The notes: generated by a model from the sequence alone, not told the origin. Positions 26,308 to 37,437 are shown, counted from the first letter of the stretch. The stretch: 64,000 nucleotides of DNA from Acidobacteriota bacterium (GCA_965209055.1 OZ242374.1:64001-128000), one strand, 5' to 3'. Numbers and translations are program-made.

Positions 26308-29046
26308 CTATCTGAAGGTGAAACCGTAGAGGCGGGCTCGGCCGTCGAGCGTAAAGCGGAGCCGTAGCGTTCCCGTGCCCGGGTGCTCGACCCTTCGGGT
26401 CCGGGTCCACCGGACCGGGACCGCAACTCCATCCTGGTTCAGGACTCGACCGGTGGCCAGCACTTGCCGGGCATCGATCAACTCGACGGCGATTCGGCCC
26501 GCGTTACGGGAGAGTCCTTCGACATTCACCTCAAGATCCGGAGGGATAGACTTTCCGGCCAGAGGAATCGTGGTGAACCACCCCGAGTCCTTCCCTTCCG
26601 TGACCTCCAGGCTCACGAATCCGTCTTTGCGGATGGTGGCCAGACCGCTCTCCATGGGCAGGTCGATCCAGTCGTGGTACGGCCCGATGCTCACCGGACT
26701 GCCCGAGTAGTAGAGCCACAGGTCGTCTCCTACGGCCACCGGCAGATCCGCGGGGGAGGTCCAGCCGCCGTCCCAGGCGCCGGGCGGCCCCAACTCGACG
26801 GCGGGGACGCCGTCGAAGACGTGAACGAAGTTGCGCCCGTCCCGGCTCACGGCCAGTTGTTGGGGGCTCAATTGCAGGGCGTCCCAAGCGTCGAACAGAC
26901 CCAGATACACCTGGCCGGCGATCCAGACGGACATGGCATGTTGCTCCACTTCGGTTCCGGCGCGTGGATAGAAGACCGGATTCCGGGGGTCGGAAGTCCA
27001 ACGGATCAGGTCGGGGCTCCAGTACCGGCAGGTTCGGCGGGTGTATCGCGGAACCAGCAGGCCGGTCCCGAAACAGTGGCGGCCGAACACTTTCCAGCGG
27101 CGCTCCGGATCGGTCTCCAGCGAATCGTGGAACAGATTCCTCCGGTCTCCGAAGCGGCCCGGATTCGTGCCGCCGCCGGGAAGCCGGTTCGGATTGACCA
27201 GGATCCCGCCGGACCAGCGGATGCCGTCCGCCGAGTAGTGGAGCCGGTTGCCGTCCGTGTGGTCCACCATCGCCTTGTAGCGCTTCTCCGGGTCGGGATC
27301 CCGTTCGTCCTTGACCACCATGGCCCAATGGCCGTGCGGCCGGTAGCTCAGGTCGACGATGTTGTTCCGCTTTGATCCCCGGTGTTCCACCTGGTCGAGA
27401 ACCGGCTTGACCCAGTGGATGCCGTCTTCGCTCTCGGCGTAACCAACCCGGTAACCGCCCGAGTACCGGTTTCTCACGGTGTCCCGGTCGGTGCCCGAAT
27501 ACCAGATTCGAAATTTGCCGTCGTCGAGCAGAACCTCTCCGTAGGCGATGGCTCGTGCGTCGTCCCAGGTCCCGGGGGAACCTCTGCGCAGGACCGGGTT
27601 GGCCGGGTGCTTGCGCATGGGGTGAAAGGAGCGCCGCAGGTTGTCCAGAGCGCTCACTTCCAGCATGTCGAGGAAGAGGATCTTGCGGCCCGGCTCCGGA
27701 TTCAGGTCCGGGACCTTCAAGGTGTCGAAGAAGACGCCTCCGCCGCTGCCCCGGGTGGCGAGGGCCATCCCCAGGGCTTCCGCGTTCCCTCCCGTCCCTT
27801 TGCCCACGGTGTGGAAGTGACTGAGGGCGGGCGCCCGGGTCATCGCCTCGTGGGAAACCGGATCGCCGCCGGCCGTTCGTCCTCTGCAGGCCGCGCCGAA
27901 CCGGGAGCCCAGCCACCGGGAATAGAAGGTGTGGCTCCGCGTCGTATTGGTCCAGAAGACCCAACCGGCGTCGTGCGGATCCCGAACCAGAATGGGGTGA
28001 TGGAAATGCTCCGGACTCGAGTGCAGTCCCTGGACGCTCCAGGATTCTCCGTCGAAAAAGGCGTACAGGATCTGATGCTCCACCTTTTCCCAGGCCACCA
28101 GGGCGTGCCGGCCCCAGCCGATGACGCTGTGGCTGACGAATCCGGTTCCGGTCCAGGGGACATGGGGGGCGGAGGTGGTGAAGTCGCGCTGACGGTCGAA
28201 GCCGTCGGTGAAATTGGGGAATTGGAGATAGAAGAGGAAGTTGAACCCTTTTCTCGAGGAGGTCAGGTGCAATGTGCCGGAGCGGTCCAGATCGGCGACC
28301 GGGGCGCCAAAATCGCCCGGACGCGTCAGGGGCCGCCGGATCCAGCCTCCCTCTCTTGGCGAAGCCGCCCAGAGTTGCCGGGCCGGCCGGCGGGCGCGCC
28401 TCGAGTACGAATGGCCCTTGTCCCGGAACTCATAGATGTTCTCGGCGGCGGCCGGAACGGCCTGGCTGTAGAGGATCCAGGGCCGGCCCCGCGCATCGGT
28501 CACCAGGTCCCCGAATTCGGTCCCCTCGCCGTGATCGATTCTTTCGGGACCCGGGGTCTTGCCGTCGGCCCGGGTCCAATTCTTTCTCCTTCCCAGGCTC
28601 CCTGACGGGTCCGTGCCTCCGGCTGGGCACCGCGCATACCAGATCCCTTGCGGCTCGGAACTCTGGAAGACCAGGTGCAGAATGTCGTCCCGGCCGATGA
28701 CCAGGCTCGCCGCCCGCGCACCCGTGAACGGACCGGTCAGGACCGGCCGGCTCGACCCCCCTGCCAGGGCTATGGCTGCTTTGAAATCGCCGGCAAATTC
28801 AGGACGGGGGTCTTTGGAGGTCGATAGGAAAACCGTCGGGTTCCCATCGGCGGCGCCGTCGTGGGCCAGGAACCAGATTCCCTTGGAGTTGCCGGCGATC
28901 TGTCGTCCATTGGTTCTGGGGAAAGGAGGAACTCCGTTGTGGCTGCCTGTCCGCAGCGTCAGAACCGCAGCCGCGTCGGGCGTGGTCCAGAGCAGGCAAA
29001 CCGAGAGGATGAGCCCGTTGGTAAAGGCACGGGTGCGAGCCATCAA
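26308..29046 (-). CDS. Secreted multi-propeller protein with a C-terminal five-bladed glycoside-hydrolase-like domain
   Basis: Signal peptide; HPANPVL...WD, YAESEDGIHWVKP, DPEKRYKA, SADGIRW and RKDGFVS motifs. Confidence 0.75.
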   Translation of the reverse strand: MMARTRAFTNGLILSVCLLWTTPDAAAVLTLRTGSHNGVPPFPRTNGRQIAGNSKGIWFLAHDGAADGNPTVFLSTSKDPRPEFAGDFKAAIALAGGSSRPVLTGPFTGARAASLVIGRDDILHLVFQSSEPQGIWYARCPAGGTDPSGSLGRRKNWTRADGKTPGPERIDHGEGTEFGDLVTDARGRPWILYSQAVPAAAENIYEFRDKGHSYSRRARRPARQLWAASPREGGWIRRPLTRPGDFGAPVADLDRSGTLHLTSSRKGFNFLFYLQFPNFTDGFDRQRDFTTSAPHVPWTGTGFVSHSVIGWGRHALVAWEKVEHQILYAFFDGESWSVQGLHSSPEHFHHPILVRDPHDAGWVFWTNTTRSHTFYSRWLGSRFGAACRGRTAGGDPVSHEAMTRAPALSHFHTVGKGTGGNAEALGMALATRGSGGGVFFDTLKVPDLNPEPGRKILFLDMLEVSALDNLRRSFHPMRKHPANPVLRRGSPGTWDDARAIAYGEVLLDDGKFRIWYSGTDRDTVRNRYSGGYRVGYAESEDGIHWVKPVLDQVEHRGSKRNNIVDLSYRPHGHWAMVVKDERDPDPEKRYKAMVDHTDGNRLHYSADGIRWSGGILVNPNRLPGGGTNPGRFGDRRNLFHDSLETDPERRWKVFGRHCFGTGLLVPRYTRRTCRYWSPDLIRWTSDPRNPVFYPRAGTEVEQHAMSVWIAGQVYLGLFDAWDALQLSPQQLAVSRDGRNFVHVFDGVPAVELGPPGAWDGGWTSPADLPVAVGDDLWLYYSGSPVSIGPYHDWIDLPMESGLATIRKDGFVSLEVTEGKDSGWFTTIPLAGKSIPPDLEVNVEGLSRNAGRIAVELIDARQVLATGRVLNQDGVAVPVRWTRTRRVEHPGTGTLRLRFTLDGRARLYGFTFR

Positions 29047-32003
29047 CGATAGGTGATCCAGATGGGGGACGACCAGGCCACGTGACCGTCGGCCTGCTGG
29101 AGGCGGACGTAGTAGAAGTGTGTTCCGGGTACCGGATCCGTTTCCAGGAAGGAGAAGTCCACGCGGCTCCCGCCCGGCTTTCGGGTGTAGACGACCCGGT
29201 TGTCCCGGATCAGGACCACGTCGGAAACCGGTCCGGTTCCCTCGGCGTGCACCCGCAATGTGGCCCCGGAGTCGGCGTCGAAGGCGTCTCCCATGATGTG
29301 GGTGCGGCCGCCCTGTTCCGCCCTGAAATCGAGGACGATGTTGTCGGTAGCGGCGTAGGAGTGGCGGCGGCGCATGGCGTCCATCAACCCCTGGGCGTCG
29401 AAGCGTTCCACCAGCAGGCAGGCGTAGGAGTAGTGGGTGGACCAGTGGTCGGAGCTGGCCTGGACGCCCAGCCGGTACCCCTTCTCCCAGGCCTTCCAGA
29501 CGAAGCCCTCCTCGAGATAGCCGCCCCGGTGAGTGGCGTTGTTGTCCCGAACCGCCGCCAGGGGCGCTCCCGGACGTTCGTAGGAGGTCCGGTCCCCCTG
29601 GAAAATCTCCACCAGCGGCTCCACGTCCTCGGCATGGTCCCGCCAGTCGGTCCCCATGGTGGGGGTGCCCGAGGTGTGGGGCATGGCGAGTCCATCGTAT
29701 TTTCTGAGGTATTCGTAGAGGACTGCTCCGCTGTTGACTTCGCCCGAACGCTCCCTGGGTCCGGCGTCAAGCACGGGCGCGCCTCTGCCGGCAAAGACCA
29801 CGTTCCGGTGCCCGTTGGGGTAGCCCAGGTTTCGTTCGTATCCCAACAACGGGACGAACCTGCCGGGGAGGTGGAACCGTTGGAGCGATTTCTGGGTCTC
29901 CCACCAGACGTATTCGCCCGGGTAGTGGTCGGTGATGGCCAGAAAGTCCAGAGAGGCGGCGTCCAGGGCGTAGCGGTAGGTCTCGTGCAGCGAACTGTCC
30001 AGCCCGCCGTCCTGGGAGTAGTCGGTGTGGCGGTGCATGTCTCCCCGGACGATCCGGTAGGTTTTTCCGTCCAACTTCACGCGGTAGGACCGGATCCGGT
30101 CCAGGTCGCCCGGCTCGTCCGGGTGGTATGGCTCGATGGGTTCTTCTCGAGGGTGATGCCCCTTCAGACGGGACACTTCGCCGTTGCGGGCAAGCTCCAA
30201 CCGTCCCACCACCACGTCTTCTTGCAGGAGCCTGGAGTCAGGCGTGGCGCGGTGAATCGACCGGTGGTCCGTGAGCCACGCCATCCACAACGTGCCGTCC
30301 GTGGAGGCGTCCAGCGCCAGGGGCATGTCCAGCCTCCCTGTGCTGCGAGGAACCAACATGGGTGTGGACCAGGAGGAGTCTTGGTAGAAGACGCCGTAAA
30401 CCTCCCAGCCCGGTCGATGCGAAGCGCCGTCGCCTGCCGTGGACACTTGGTGGCGGAAGAAGAGCCACATTCGTCCCTGCCGGTCCCAGAACAGCCGTGG
30501 GAGCTCATTGTCGTTGCGAAACCGGACCTGAGCTGCGGGTGGGCGGTAGCGCCGCAGTCCGCCCCGGGAAAGCCTCGAGAAATGGTCCTCCAGAGCTTGG
30601 GACACCTCCTCCAGCGGTCGGCTCCATCGATCCCCGTCCCAGACCGCCACGCGGATGGTCCGCTCGTCCAGGAAGGTCTGCCGCGAACGGTCGATCCAGA
30701 AGCCCGAGTCCTTCCCCCAGTTGGGGCCCGATTCGTTCCAGGCGATCCAGACCCGGTCCTGGGCGTCACACGCCACATCGGCGTAGCCTTCGAATTTCCT
30801 GGAGCGGGCCACCGGGATGATCTTGCCCATTTCCTGGGGACCCACCCGGCGCAGTTGAAGATCGTAGTCGCCTCGTTCGTACGAATCCCAGACCACGTGA
30901 ACGCCGCCCTGGGAATCCGCCGCGACGGCCGGCTTCCAGTCGTTCGCCGCCGTACGGCTCACCTTCCGTTCCGGCCCCCAGGAACCGCCTCGGAGGGTCT
31001 TGATAAGCACGTCCGATTGGGAACCGCGAAAGCCTTGCCACACCAGGTGGACCTCGCCGCCGGGACCGGCCGTGGCCCGCGGGTACAGGTCGGGACGCGG
31101 ATCCTCGGTGAGGCGCGTCACCGGCCCCAGCACGCCGTCCTCCCCAGAGCGGGCGTACAGGTCCCAGTTGTCCTCAAGTTGCTGCGACCAGATCCACCAG
31201 AACCTGCCGGCCCCGGTCCGCACCATCTGAAGGTCGGAGAGATCCTGACCCTCCCGGATCTCCACTGGGGGAGACCAGGTCCCTCCGGACAAGCGGCGGC
31301 TCAGAATCCGTTGGACGCCGTCCCTGAATTCGATCCAACCGACCCGGCAACCTGCTTCGTCCGCCGCCAGGGCGGGGAAGTCGTCATAGGTCTCTTCCCG
31401 GGTCAGAACCTGAAACAGAGGCACCTGGCTGGCCGCCACTTGTCCCGCCAGTTCGAACCTTCTCAGCCCCGGTTTCAAGTTGCGGGTGTCGATCTGCAGC
31501 AGTCCCCTTGGAGTTGAGAGAGCCCACTCCCCGGGCTGCGCCGTCACCGCCAAGAGGCCCGGCCAGACCAACCTGGAGTAGGCGGTGGTGCTGCGGAGGG
31601 GGTCGCCGCCGACAAACATCTGATTCTGGGTGGGTTCTTCCCAGTAGTTGGGTCGGCGCGCGTCGAATCTCCGGGTCCGGGCGCTCCAGGAGGATCCTGG
31701 CCCCACCGAAGTGTCCCCGTTGATTCGCCACGGCAGCAACTGTACGGAACCGGGCTCCGCTTCCAGGCGTCCACTCCAATCGGAGGGCCGGGGATCGTCG
31801 AGGCCCAACTCGATCAGGAAGCATCGTTTCCCGGATGTCAGGTCCGATGGCAGCGCCGTGTCCGGATCCGGCCCGGTCCCGCAGCCGGATGACAGGAGGT
31901 AGGCCGCAACCAGGAAGCCGAGTTTTCGCGCCGCTTGCCTCAATGGATGAGTCCGGTTCCGAAGATCCCTATCAAAATAGCATCGGCAAAATCCCGGCAC
32001 CAA
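29043..32003 (-). CDS. Exported propeller plus PHP-type metallohydrolase (DUF3604/CehA-like)
   Basis: GDMHRHTDYS, ITDH, GHRNVVF, PHT, ASSDH and RRHSYAAT motifs; C-terminal YYVRLQQADGHVAWSSPIW. Exact start uncertain. Confidence 0.8.
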   Translation of the reverse strand: MVPGFCRCYFDRDLRNRTHPLRQAARKLGFLVAAYLLSSGCGTGPDPDTALPSDLTSGKRCFLIELGLDDPRPSDWSGRLEAEPGSVQLLPWRINGDTSVGPGSSWSARTRRFDARRPNYWEEPTQNQMFVGGDPLRSTTAYSRLVWPGLLAVTAQPGEWALSTPRGLLQIDTRNLKPGLRRFELAGQVAASQVPLFQVLTREETYDDFPALAADEAGCRVGWIEFRDGVQRILSRRLSGGTWSPPVEIREGQDLSDLQMVRTGAGRFWWIWSQQLEDNWDLYARSGEDGVLGPVTRLTEDPRPDLYPRATAGPGGEVHLVWQGFRGSQSDVLIKTLRGGSWGPERKVSRTAANDWKPAVAADSQGGVHVVWDSYERGDYDLQLRRVGPQEMGKIIPVARSRKFEGYADVACDAQDRVWIAWNESGPNWGKDSGFWIDRSRQTFLDERTIRVAVWDGDRWSRPLEEVSQALEDHFSRLSRGGLRRYRPPAAQVRFRNDNELPRLFWDRQGRMWLFFRHQVSTAGDGASHRPGWEVYGVFYQDSSWSTPMLVPRSTGRLDMPLALDASTDGTLWMAWLTDHRSIHRATPDSRLLQEDVVVGRLELARNGEVSRLKGHHPREEPIEPYHPDEPGDLDRIRSYRVKLDGKTYRIVRGDMHRHTDYSQDGGLDSSLHETYRYALDAASLDFLAITDHYPGEYVWWETQKSLQRFHLPGRFVPLLGYERNLGYPNGHRNVVFAGRGAPVLDAGPRERSGEVNSGAVLYEYLRKYDGLAMPHTSGTPTMGTDWRDHAEDVEPLVEIFQGDRTSYERPGAPLAAVRDNNATHRGGYLEEGFVWKAWEKGYRLGVQASSDHWSTHYSYACLLVERFDAQGLMDAMRRRHSYAATDNIVLDFRAEQGGRTHIMGDAFDADSGATLRVHAEGTGPVSDVVLIRDNRVVYTRKPGGSRVDFSFLETDPVPGTHFYYVRLQQADGHVAWSSPIWITYR

Positions 32004-32103
32004 TCACAGGAGGATTGCTCGGTCACAGGCTGACGCCGGAAGAATTCCTGGCTGATCTTGAATCAGGAAAGGACTACACTGGTCTGATTCCGGGAGAGCG
32101 GAC

Positions 32104-33237
32104 TTGTTGAAGCGCCTTTTCGTCGTCCTGATTCTGGGTGCCCTGTTGGCGTGGGTGGGACTGCGCCTCTATCGCGAGTTGGCGGTGGAGTCCATGGACG
32201 CGCCGCAACGGGGACCGGCGCTTCTGGTCGAGACCGCTACCGTACGGCCTCACGCGTTTGAGACCAATCTGGACCTCCTGGGCGAGTTGAGGCCCCAAGC
32301 GGTGGTCGAGGTCATGTCCCGGATCAGCGGACGCCTCCAGCAGGTTCTGGCCGACCGGGGGGATCCGGTCAGCAAGGGACAACTGCTGGCGGTGGTCGAC
32401 GACGTGGATCTCCTGCAGCAGATTCACCGGGCCGAGGCCGCCGTGGCCGTGGCCACCGCCGCGGTGAGCCGGGAGGAGGCCACCAACGAGAACCTGAAGG
32501 TCCAGGTCGCGCGGTACCGTGAGCTCCACGAAGAAAATCTCATCTCGAATCAGGACCTGGAGGATCTGGTCAGCCGGATGCGGGTGTCGCAGGCGCAGTT
32601 GGATCTGGTTCGGGCGCAGGTCAGGCAGGCGGAGGCCTCGCTCAGCGAGTACAAGATTCAGCACGGCCAGACCCGGATCTACTCACCGCTGGACGGCTTC
32701 GTCGGAGTCCGTCACCTGGAGCCGGGCGCGCTGGTGAACCCCAGCGTGACTATCGTCTCGGTGCTGGAACTGGAGCGGGTCAAGACCGTGGTCCCGGTCT
32801 CGGAAAGCGGAATCAGCAGCATCCGGGTGGGTCTTCCGGCCCGGGTCGTGGTGGACGTCTATCCCGACCGGGTGTACCAGGGAACCGTCACCCGGATCAG
32901 TCCCTTCCTCAATCCGGAGACGCGGAGCGCCGACGTCGAGATCGAGATCGTGAACCGCGACGGGATGCTGAAACCGGGGATGTTCGCCCACGTGAGGATC
33001 GACGCCAGAATCTCCGAGACGGCGCTCAGCATCCCCCGTTCGGCGTTGCTGACCCGCGGCGAGCGGCACGGTGTCTATTTTCTGACCAAGGAACGGACCA
33101 CGGTGTTCCGTGATATCGAGATCGGTCGCATCGAGGGCGACGTGGTCGAAGTTCTGGCCGGCTTGGAGGATGGATCCGAGGTGGTCGCCTCCGGAGCCCA
33201 GAACTTGAACGAAGGGGATGCGGTGAGGTCCGAATGA
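32104..33237 (+). CDS. RND efflux membrane-fusion (periplasmic adaptor) protein
   Basis: N-terminal TM helix; ISGRL..V..DRGD.V.KGQLL, coiled coil, IYSPLDG and LKPGMF. Confidence 0.92.
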   Translation: MLKRLFVVLILGALLAWVGLRLYRELAVESMDAPQRGPALLVETATVRPHAFETNLDLLGELRPQAVVEVMSRISGRLQQVLADRGDPVSKGQLLAVVDDVDLLQQIHRAEAAVAVATAAVSREEATNENLKVQVARYRELHEENLISNQDLEDLVSRMRVSQAQLDLVRAQVRQAEASLSEYKIQHGQTRIYSPLDGFVGVRHLEPGALVNPSVTIVSVLELERVKTVVPVSESGISSIRVGLPARVVVDVYPDRVYQGTVTRISPFLNPETRSADVEIEIVNRDGMLKPGMFAHVRIDARISETALSIPRSALLTRGERHGVYFLTKERTTVFRDIEIGRIEGDVVEVLAGLEDGSEVVASGAQNLNEGDAVRSE

Positions 33238-36200
33238 GTCTTCCCGATCTGGCGATCCGGCGCCCCGTCTTCATCGTCGTCGTCTTCCTCATCGTTGCCC
33301 TCATGGGCGGGATCTCCTTTCTCAACCTCCCGGTCGACTTGATGCCGGACGTCTCTTTTCCCACCATCAGCGTGACCACCACCTATCAGGGCGTGGGGCC
33401 CCGGGAGATCGAGGAACTGATCACCATTCCTCTGGAACGGGCCCTGGCCTCCACTCCCGGCATCAAGGAAATGACTTCGCGGTCCTCCGAGGGGACCAGC
33501 CGCGTGCGGGTCTCTTTCGAGTGGGGAGTGAACCTGGATGCGGGCGCTGAAGAACTCCGCGCCCGGATCGACCGGATTCGCGGACAGTTGCCCGAAGATG
33601 CGGATCCGCCGACCTTGTACAAGTACGATCTGAGCATCTTCCCCATTATGTTTCTGGGAATCTCCAGCGAGATGCCCCCCAGGGAGTTGCGCGAATTCGC
33701 GGAAAAGCAGATCCAATACCGGTTCGAGAGGATTCCGGGCGTGGCCCAGGCCGATATCTGGGGAGGCTTGGAGCGTGAGATCCACGTGGTGATGGACCGG
33801 GCCAAGATGCATACCCTCCGCATCAGCCCGGCCCAGGTCATGGCGGCACTGCGCCGCGAGAACCTGAACGAGCCTGCCGGACACGTCATCGAGGACACGT
33901 TCGAAGTGCTGATGCGAACCGAGGGCGAGTACGCCTCGATGGACGAAATCCGTCGAACCATGGTGACCATCCGGCAAGGCACCCCGATTTATATCGAGGA
34001 CATCGCCGCCGTCGAGGACAGCCATCAGGAAATCCGGCACCTGGTTCGGGTCAACGGCGTCCCCGGCATCAGGATGGGCGTCCGCAAGCAGTCGGGAGCC
34101 AACACGGTGCTGGTGGCGCGGTCGGTGGACCGGGCCATCGAGAGGATCAACCGGGACTTTCCGCAGGTCCGTGTCTACTCCCTCTACGACACCTCCAAGT
34201 TCATCACGCGGGCGGTGGGCAATGTTCGGAACGCCGCTTTCTTTGGTTCGCTCCTCGCCGTCTTCATTCTGGTGGTGTTCCTGCGCAACTTTCGCAGCGT
34301 GCTCGTGGTGGCCATCTCCATTCCCATTTCGGTGTTGGCCGCATTCGGCCTCATGTATTTCAGCGGGTTCACGTTGAACGTGATCACCTTCGGCGGACTG
34401 GCGCTGGGGGTCGGAGTGCTGGTGGACAACGCCATCGTCGTGCTGGAGAACATCTTCCGGCACCGGCAGGACGGTGAGGAGAAGAAGGCGGCGGCCCGCA
34501 ACGCCACCAAGGAGGTGGCTCTCGCCATCACTGCGTCGACCCTCACCACCATTGCCGTATTCCTGCCGGTCGTTTTCATGAGCGGCATGTCCGGTCTCAT
34601 GTTCCAGCAACTGGCCTGGGTGGTCTCCTTCTCGCTGTTCAGTTCGCTGTTGGTGTCGCTCACTCTGGTCCCCTTCCTCTCCAGCCGCTTCATCCGCGTC
34701 AGAGAGCCTGATCGAGCCGGCTGGCTCCAGGCTCTATCCCGAAAGGGCGCACAGTGGATGGAAGGATTGGACCGGAGCTATTCGGGTGTCCTCCGCTGGT
34801 CCCTGCGGCATCCGGCGCTGATCGTTTCCACCAGCGCCTTGGTGGTGGTGGGCGGGTTTTTGCTGGTGCCCTTCATCGGCCTGGAACTGCAGCCGGAGGC
34901 GGACGAGGGTCAGGTGCGGGTCCGGCTGGAGCTGGCCGAAGGGACCCGGCTGGAGGTGACGGACCAGTTGGCGAACCGGGCGGAGAGATTGGTGCGGGAG
35001 CGGGTTCCGGAACTCGACAACCTGCTGGTGGAGGTCGGTTCCCGGGGCGGTTGGCGAACGGCCAACACCAATACGGTGACTCTTCGAGTCTATCTGGTCC
35101 CGCTGGCCCAGCGGGAGCGGAGCAGCCAGCAGATCGCCGACGCCCTGCGTCCGTTGTTCGCCGACTTCCCGGGAGTGGTCCCCCGGGTCCGCACCAGCGG
35201 CGGCAACTATGCCATGCGCTGGGCCACCGAGAGTGAAGGCGATCGCCTCTCCATCGACATTCGCGGGCACGACATGAACGAATGTTTCAACTTGGCCGTG
35301 CAGATCAAGCGGATCATGGAGTCGCTGGAGGGAGTTTCCGACGCCGCCATCAGCAGGAGCCCGGGCCGGCCCGAAAGTCACATCCGGATCGATCGGGCCA
35401 AGGCGGCCACCATGGGCCTCACCGTCTCCAACGTCGCCACCACCGTACGCGCCAGCATCGGGGGCACCGTGGCCAGCTACTTCCGGGAGGGCGGGGACGA
35501 GTACGAGATTCTGGTGCGTTACCGGGAAGAGGATCGGCTGAGCAGCGAGGACGTCATGGCCATTCCGATCCAGACTCCGGCGGGTTCGGTGGTGCCGCTG
35601 CGCTCCCTGGTGGATTTGAACCGGAGTGAAGGCCCGAATTCCATCTCCCGGAAGGATCAGCAGAGAATCGTCTCGGTCTCGGGCAACCTCTCGGGAACCC
35701 GCGACATGGGATCGGTGGTCCGCGAGTTGGAAGTAGCGGTGAGGCCATTGGCGACGTCTCCGGACATCGCTCTGGTCTTCTCGGGCGAATGGGAGGAGCA
35801 GGAGGAGGCCCGGTTCCTGTTGCAGATCAGCTTCCTGCTGGCGGTGATTCTCGTCTATCTGGTGATGGCGGCGCAGTTCGAGTCGTTCAAGTACCCGTTT
35901 CTGATCATGTTCTCCATCCCGCTCGCCTTCATCGGAGTGATCCTGGCGTTGTTTCTGACCCAGACCAACTTCAATCTCCAGGGCTTCATCGGCTTGATCA
36001 TGCTGGTGGGAATCGTGGTGAACAACGCCATCGTCCTGGTCGACTACGTCCTGCAGCTTCATCGCCAACACGGTCTGCCGCTGATGGACGCCCTGTTGAC
36101 GGGAGGCCGCCGGCGTCTGCGGCCCATACTGATGACCACTCTGACCACGGTCCTGGGACTCACTCCCATGGCCATCGGAATCGGAGAGGGCGCCGAGCTT

Positions 36201-36365
36201 CAGGTCCCCATGGCCCGGGTCCTCATCGGCGGCCTGATCTCCTCCACCTTCATGACCCTCTTTCTGATCCCTACCCTCTTTCTCGTCCTCGAGCGGGTGT
36301 GGAGCCGCCGGCGCCAGGAAAGGCCGGACCTTGCCCTGGGCCAGCCGTCACGCGCGACGGGTTGA
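33234..36365 (+). CDS. RND efflux permease (AcrB/AcrD/AcrF family)
   Basis: AIRRPV, LPVDLMPD, GVLVDNAIVVLENI, GIVVNNAIVLVD and RLRPILMT; overlaps the adaptor stop codon (ATGA). Confidence 0.95.
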   Translation: MSLPDLAIRRPVFIVVVFLIVALMGGISFLNLPVDLMPDVSFPTISVTTTYQGVGPREIEELITIPLERALASTPGIKEMTSRSSEGTSRVRVSFEWGVNLDAGAEELRARIDRIRGQLPEDADPPTLYKYDLSIFPIMFLGISSEMPPRELREFAEKQIQYRFERIPGVAQADIWGGLEREIHVVMDRAKMHTLRISPAQVMAALRRENLNEPAGHVIEDTFEVLMRTEGEYASMDEIRRTMVTIRQGTPIYIEDIAAVEDSHQEIRHLVRVNGVPGIRMGVRKQSGANTVLVARSVDRAIERINRDFPQVRVYSLYDTSKFITRAVGNVRNAAFFGSLLAVFILVVFLRNFRSVLVVAISIPISVLAAFGLMYFSGFTLNVITFGGLALGVGVLVDNAIVVLENIFRHRQDGEEKKAAARNATKEVALAITASTLTTIAVFLPVVFMSGMSGLMFQQLAWVVSFSLFSSLLVSLTLVPFLSSRFIRVREPDRAGWLQALSRKGAQWMEGLDRSYSGVLRWSLRHPALIVSTSALVVVGGFLLVPFIGLELQPEADEGQVRVRLELAEGTRLEVTDQLANRAERLVRERVPELDNLLVEVGSRGGWRTANTNTVTLRVYLVPLAQRERSSQQIADALRPLFADFPGVVPRVRTSGGNYAMRWATESEGDRLSIDIRGHDMNECFNLAVQIKRIMESLEGVSDAAISRSPGRPESHIRIDRAKAATMGLTVSNVATTVRASIGGTVASYFREGGDEYEILVRYREEDRLSSEDVMAIPIQTPAGSVVPLRSLVDLNRSEGPNSISRKDQQRIVSVSGNLSGTRDMGSVVRELEVAVRPLATSPDIALVFSGEWEEQEEARFLLQISFLLAVILVYLVMAAQFESFKYPFLIMFSIPLAFIGVILALFLTQTNFNLQGFIGLIMLVGIVVNNAIVLVDYVLQLHRQHGLPLMDALLTGGRRRLRPILMTTLTTVLGLTPMAIGIGEGAELQVPMARVLIGGLISSTFMTLFLIPTLFLVLERVWSRRRQERPDLALGQPSRATG

Positions 36366-36380
36366 TTCCTCTCGAATGAC

Positions 36381-37433
36381 TCATCCGCTCCGAATTCTCA
36401 TGGCCAGCCTGCGCATGGCGGCGGCGGCCTCGTCCACGTCCGCCTCGCTGATGCCGATATAGGTGACGGCTCTCAGAAAGGGCCCGGGCGTGCTGACCCG
36501 AACGCCCTCTTCCTCTTCCAGGCGCCGGGCGAACTCGGGACACGAGATGCCGAGACGGGCAGCGTCGAACCGCACGATGTTGGTCTCGACCGCGTCCAGG
36601 TCGATGTCCAGACCCGGGATCCCGGCGATGTGGCGGGCCAATCGGCCGGCATTCTCATGGTCCTCGGCCAGGCGGGAGATGTGGTGCCGCAGCGCGTGGG
36701 TCCCCGCCGCCGCGATGATCCCGGCCTGGCGCATCGCCCCGCCGATGCGTTGTTTCCACTGCCAGGCCTCTTCGATGAACTCCCGGCTTCCGGCCAGGAC
36801 GGCTCCCACCGGAGCGCCGAGACCCTTGCTCAGGTCGATCCAGACGGAGTCCAGGGTAGCGGCGTAGTCGGCGACGCTGATCCCGCTGGCCACCGAGGCG
36901 TTGAAGAGCCGGGCGCCGTCCATGTGGGTCCCCAATCCCCATTCGTGAGCGACTCCACAGACTTCCCGCAACTGTTCCAAGGGCCAGATGCGCCCGCCAG
37001 GAGCATTGACCGTCTGCTCGATGGAGACGACGCGCATGGTGGGGCGGTACCGGCTGGGCGGATACATGAGGTTTCTGACTTGCTCCGGCGTGAACATTCC
37101 GTCGGGACCGTCGATGGGGTAAGCCGTGGACGCCGCCAGGATCGCCGTCCCTCCCGATTCGGCGATGAGGGGATGGGCGGTCCGGTCCAGCAGGATCACG
37201 TCTCCCGGCCGGCAATGGACCGCCAGGCCGATCTGGTTGCACATGGTCCCGGAAGGCAGGAAGACCGCGTCCTCCTTACCCAGCATCTCCGCCACCATCT
37301 CCTGCAGCTCGTTGACCGAGGGGTCCTCTCCCTTCTGCTCGTCCCCCACCGGGGCAAAACAGGCGAAACGCCGCATCTCCGGAGTGGGCATGCTCAAGGT
37401 GTCGCTGTACAGATCGATCCTGATATCGGGCAT
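36381..37433 (-). CDS. ltaE: Low-specificity L-threonine aldolase
   Basis: DLYSDT, VGDE..GEDP, FLPSGTMCNQ, HMDGARLFNA, SKGLGAPVG and GGAMRQAG. Confidence 0.88.
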   Translation of the reverse strand: MPDIRIDLYSDTLSMPTPEMRRFACFAPVGDEQKGEDPSVNELQEMVAEMLGKEDAVFLPSGTMCNQIGLAVHCRPGDVILLDRTAHPLIAESGGTAILAASTAYPIDGPDGMFTPEQVRNLMYPPSRYRPTMRVVSIEQTVNAPGGRIWPLEQLREVCGVAHEWGLGTHMDGARLFNASVASGISVADYAATLDSVWIDLSKGLGAPVGAVLAGSREFIEEAWQWKQRIGGAMRQAGIIAAAGTHALRHHISRLAEDHENAGRLARHIAGIPGLDIDLDAVETNIVRFDAARLGISCPEFARRLEEEEGVRVSTPGPFLRAVTYIGISEADVDEAAAAMRRLAMRIRSG

Positions 37434-37437
37434 CGTT

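Noticed and set aside
32104-36365. RND pump as part of a novel system
   Set aside because: Ordinary adaptor plus permease pair; lacking an adjacent TolC is common.
981-37433. Functional link between the D-threonine-aldolase-like enzyme and ltaE
   Set aside because: Different folds, far apart, and no shared context.
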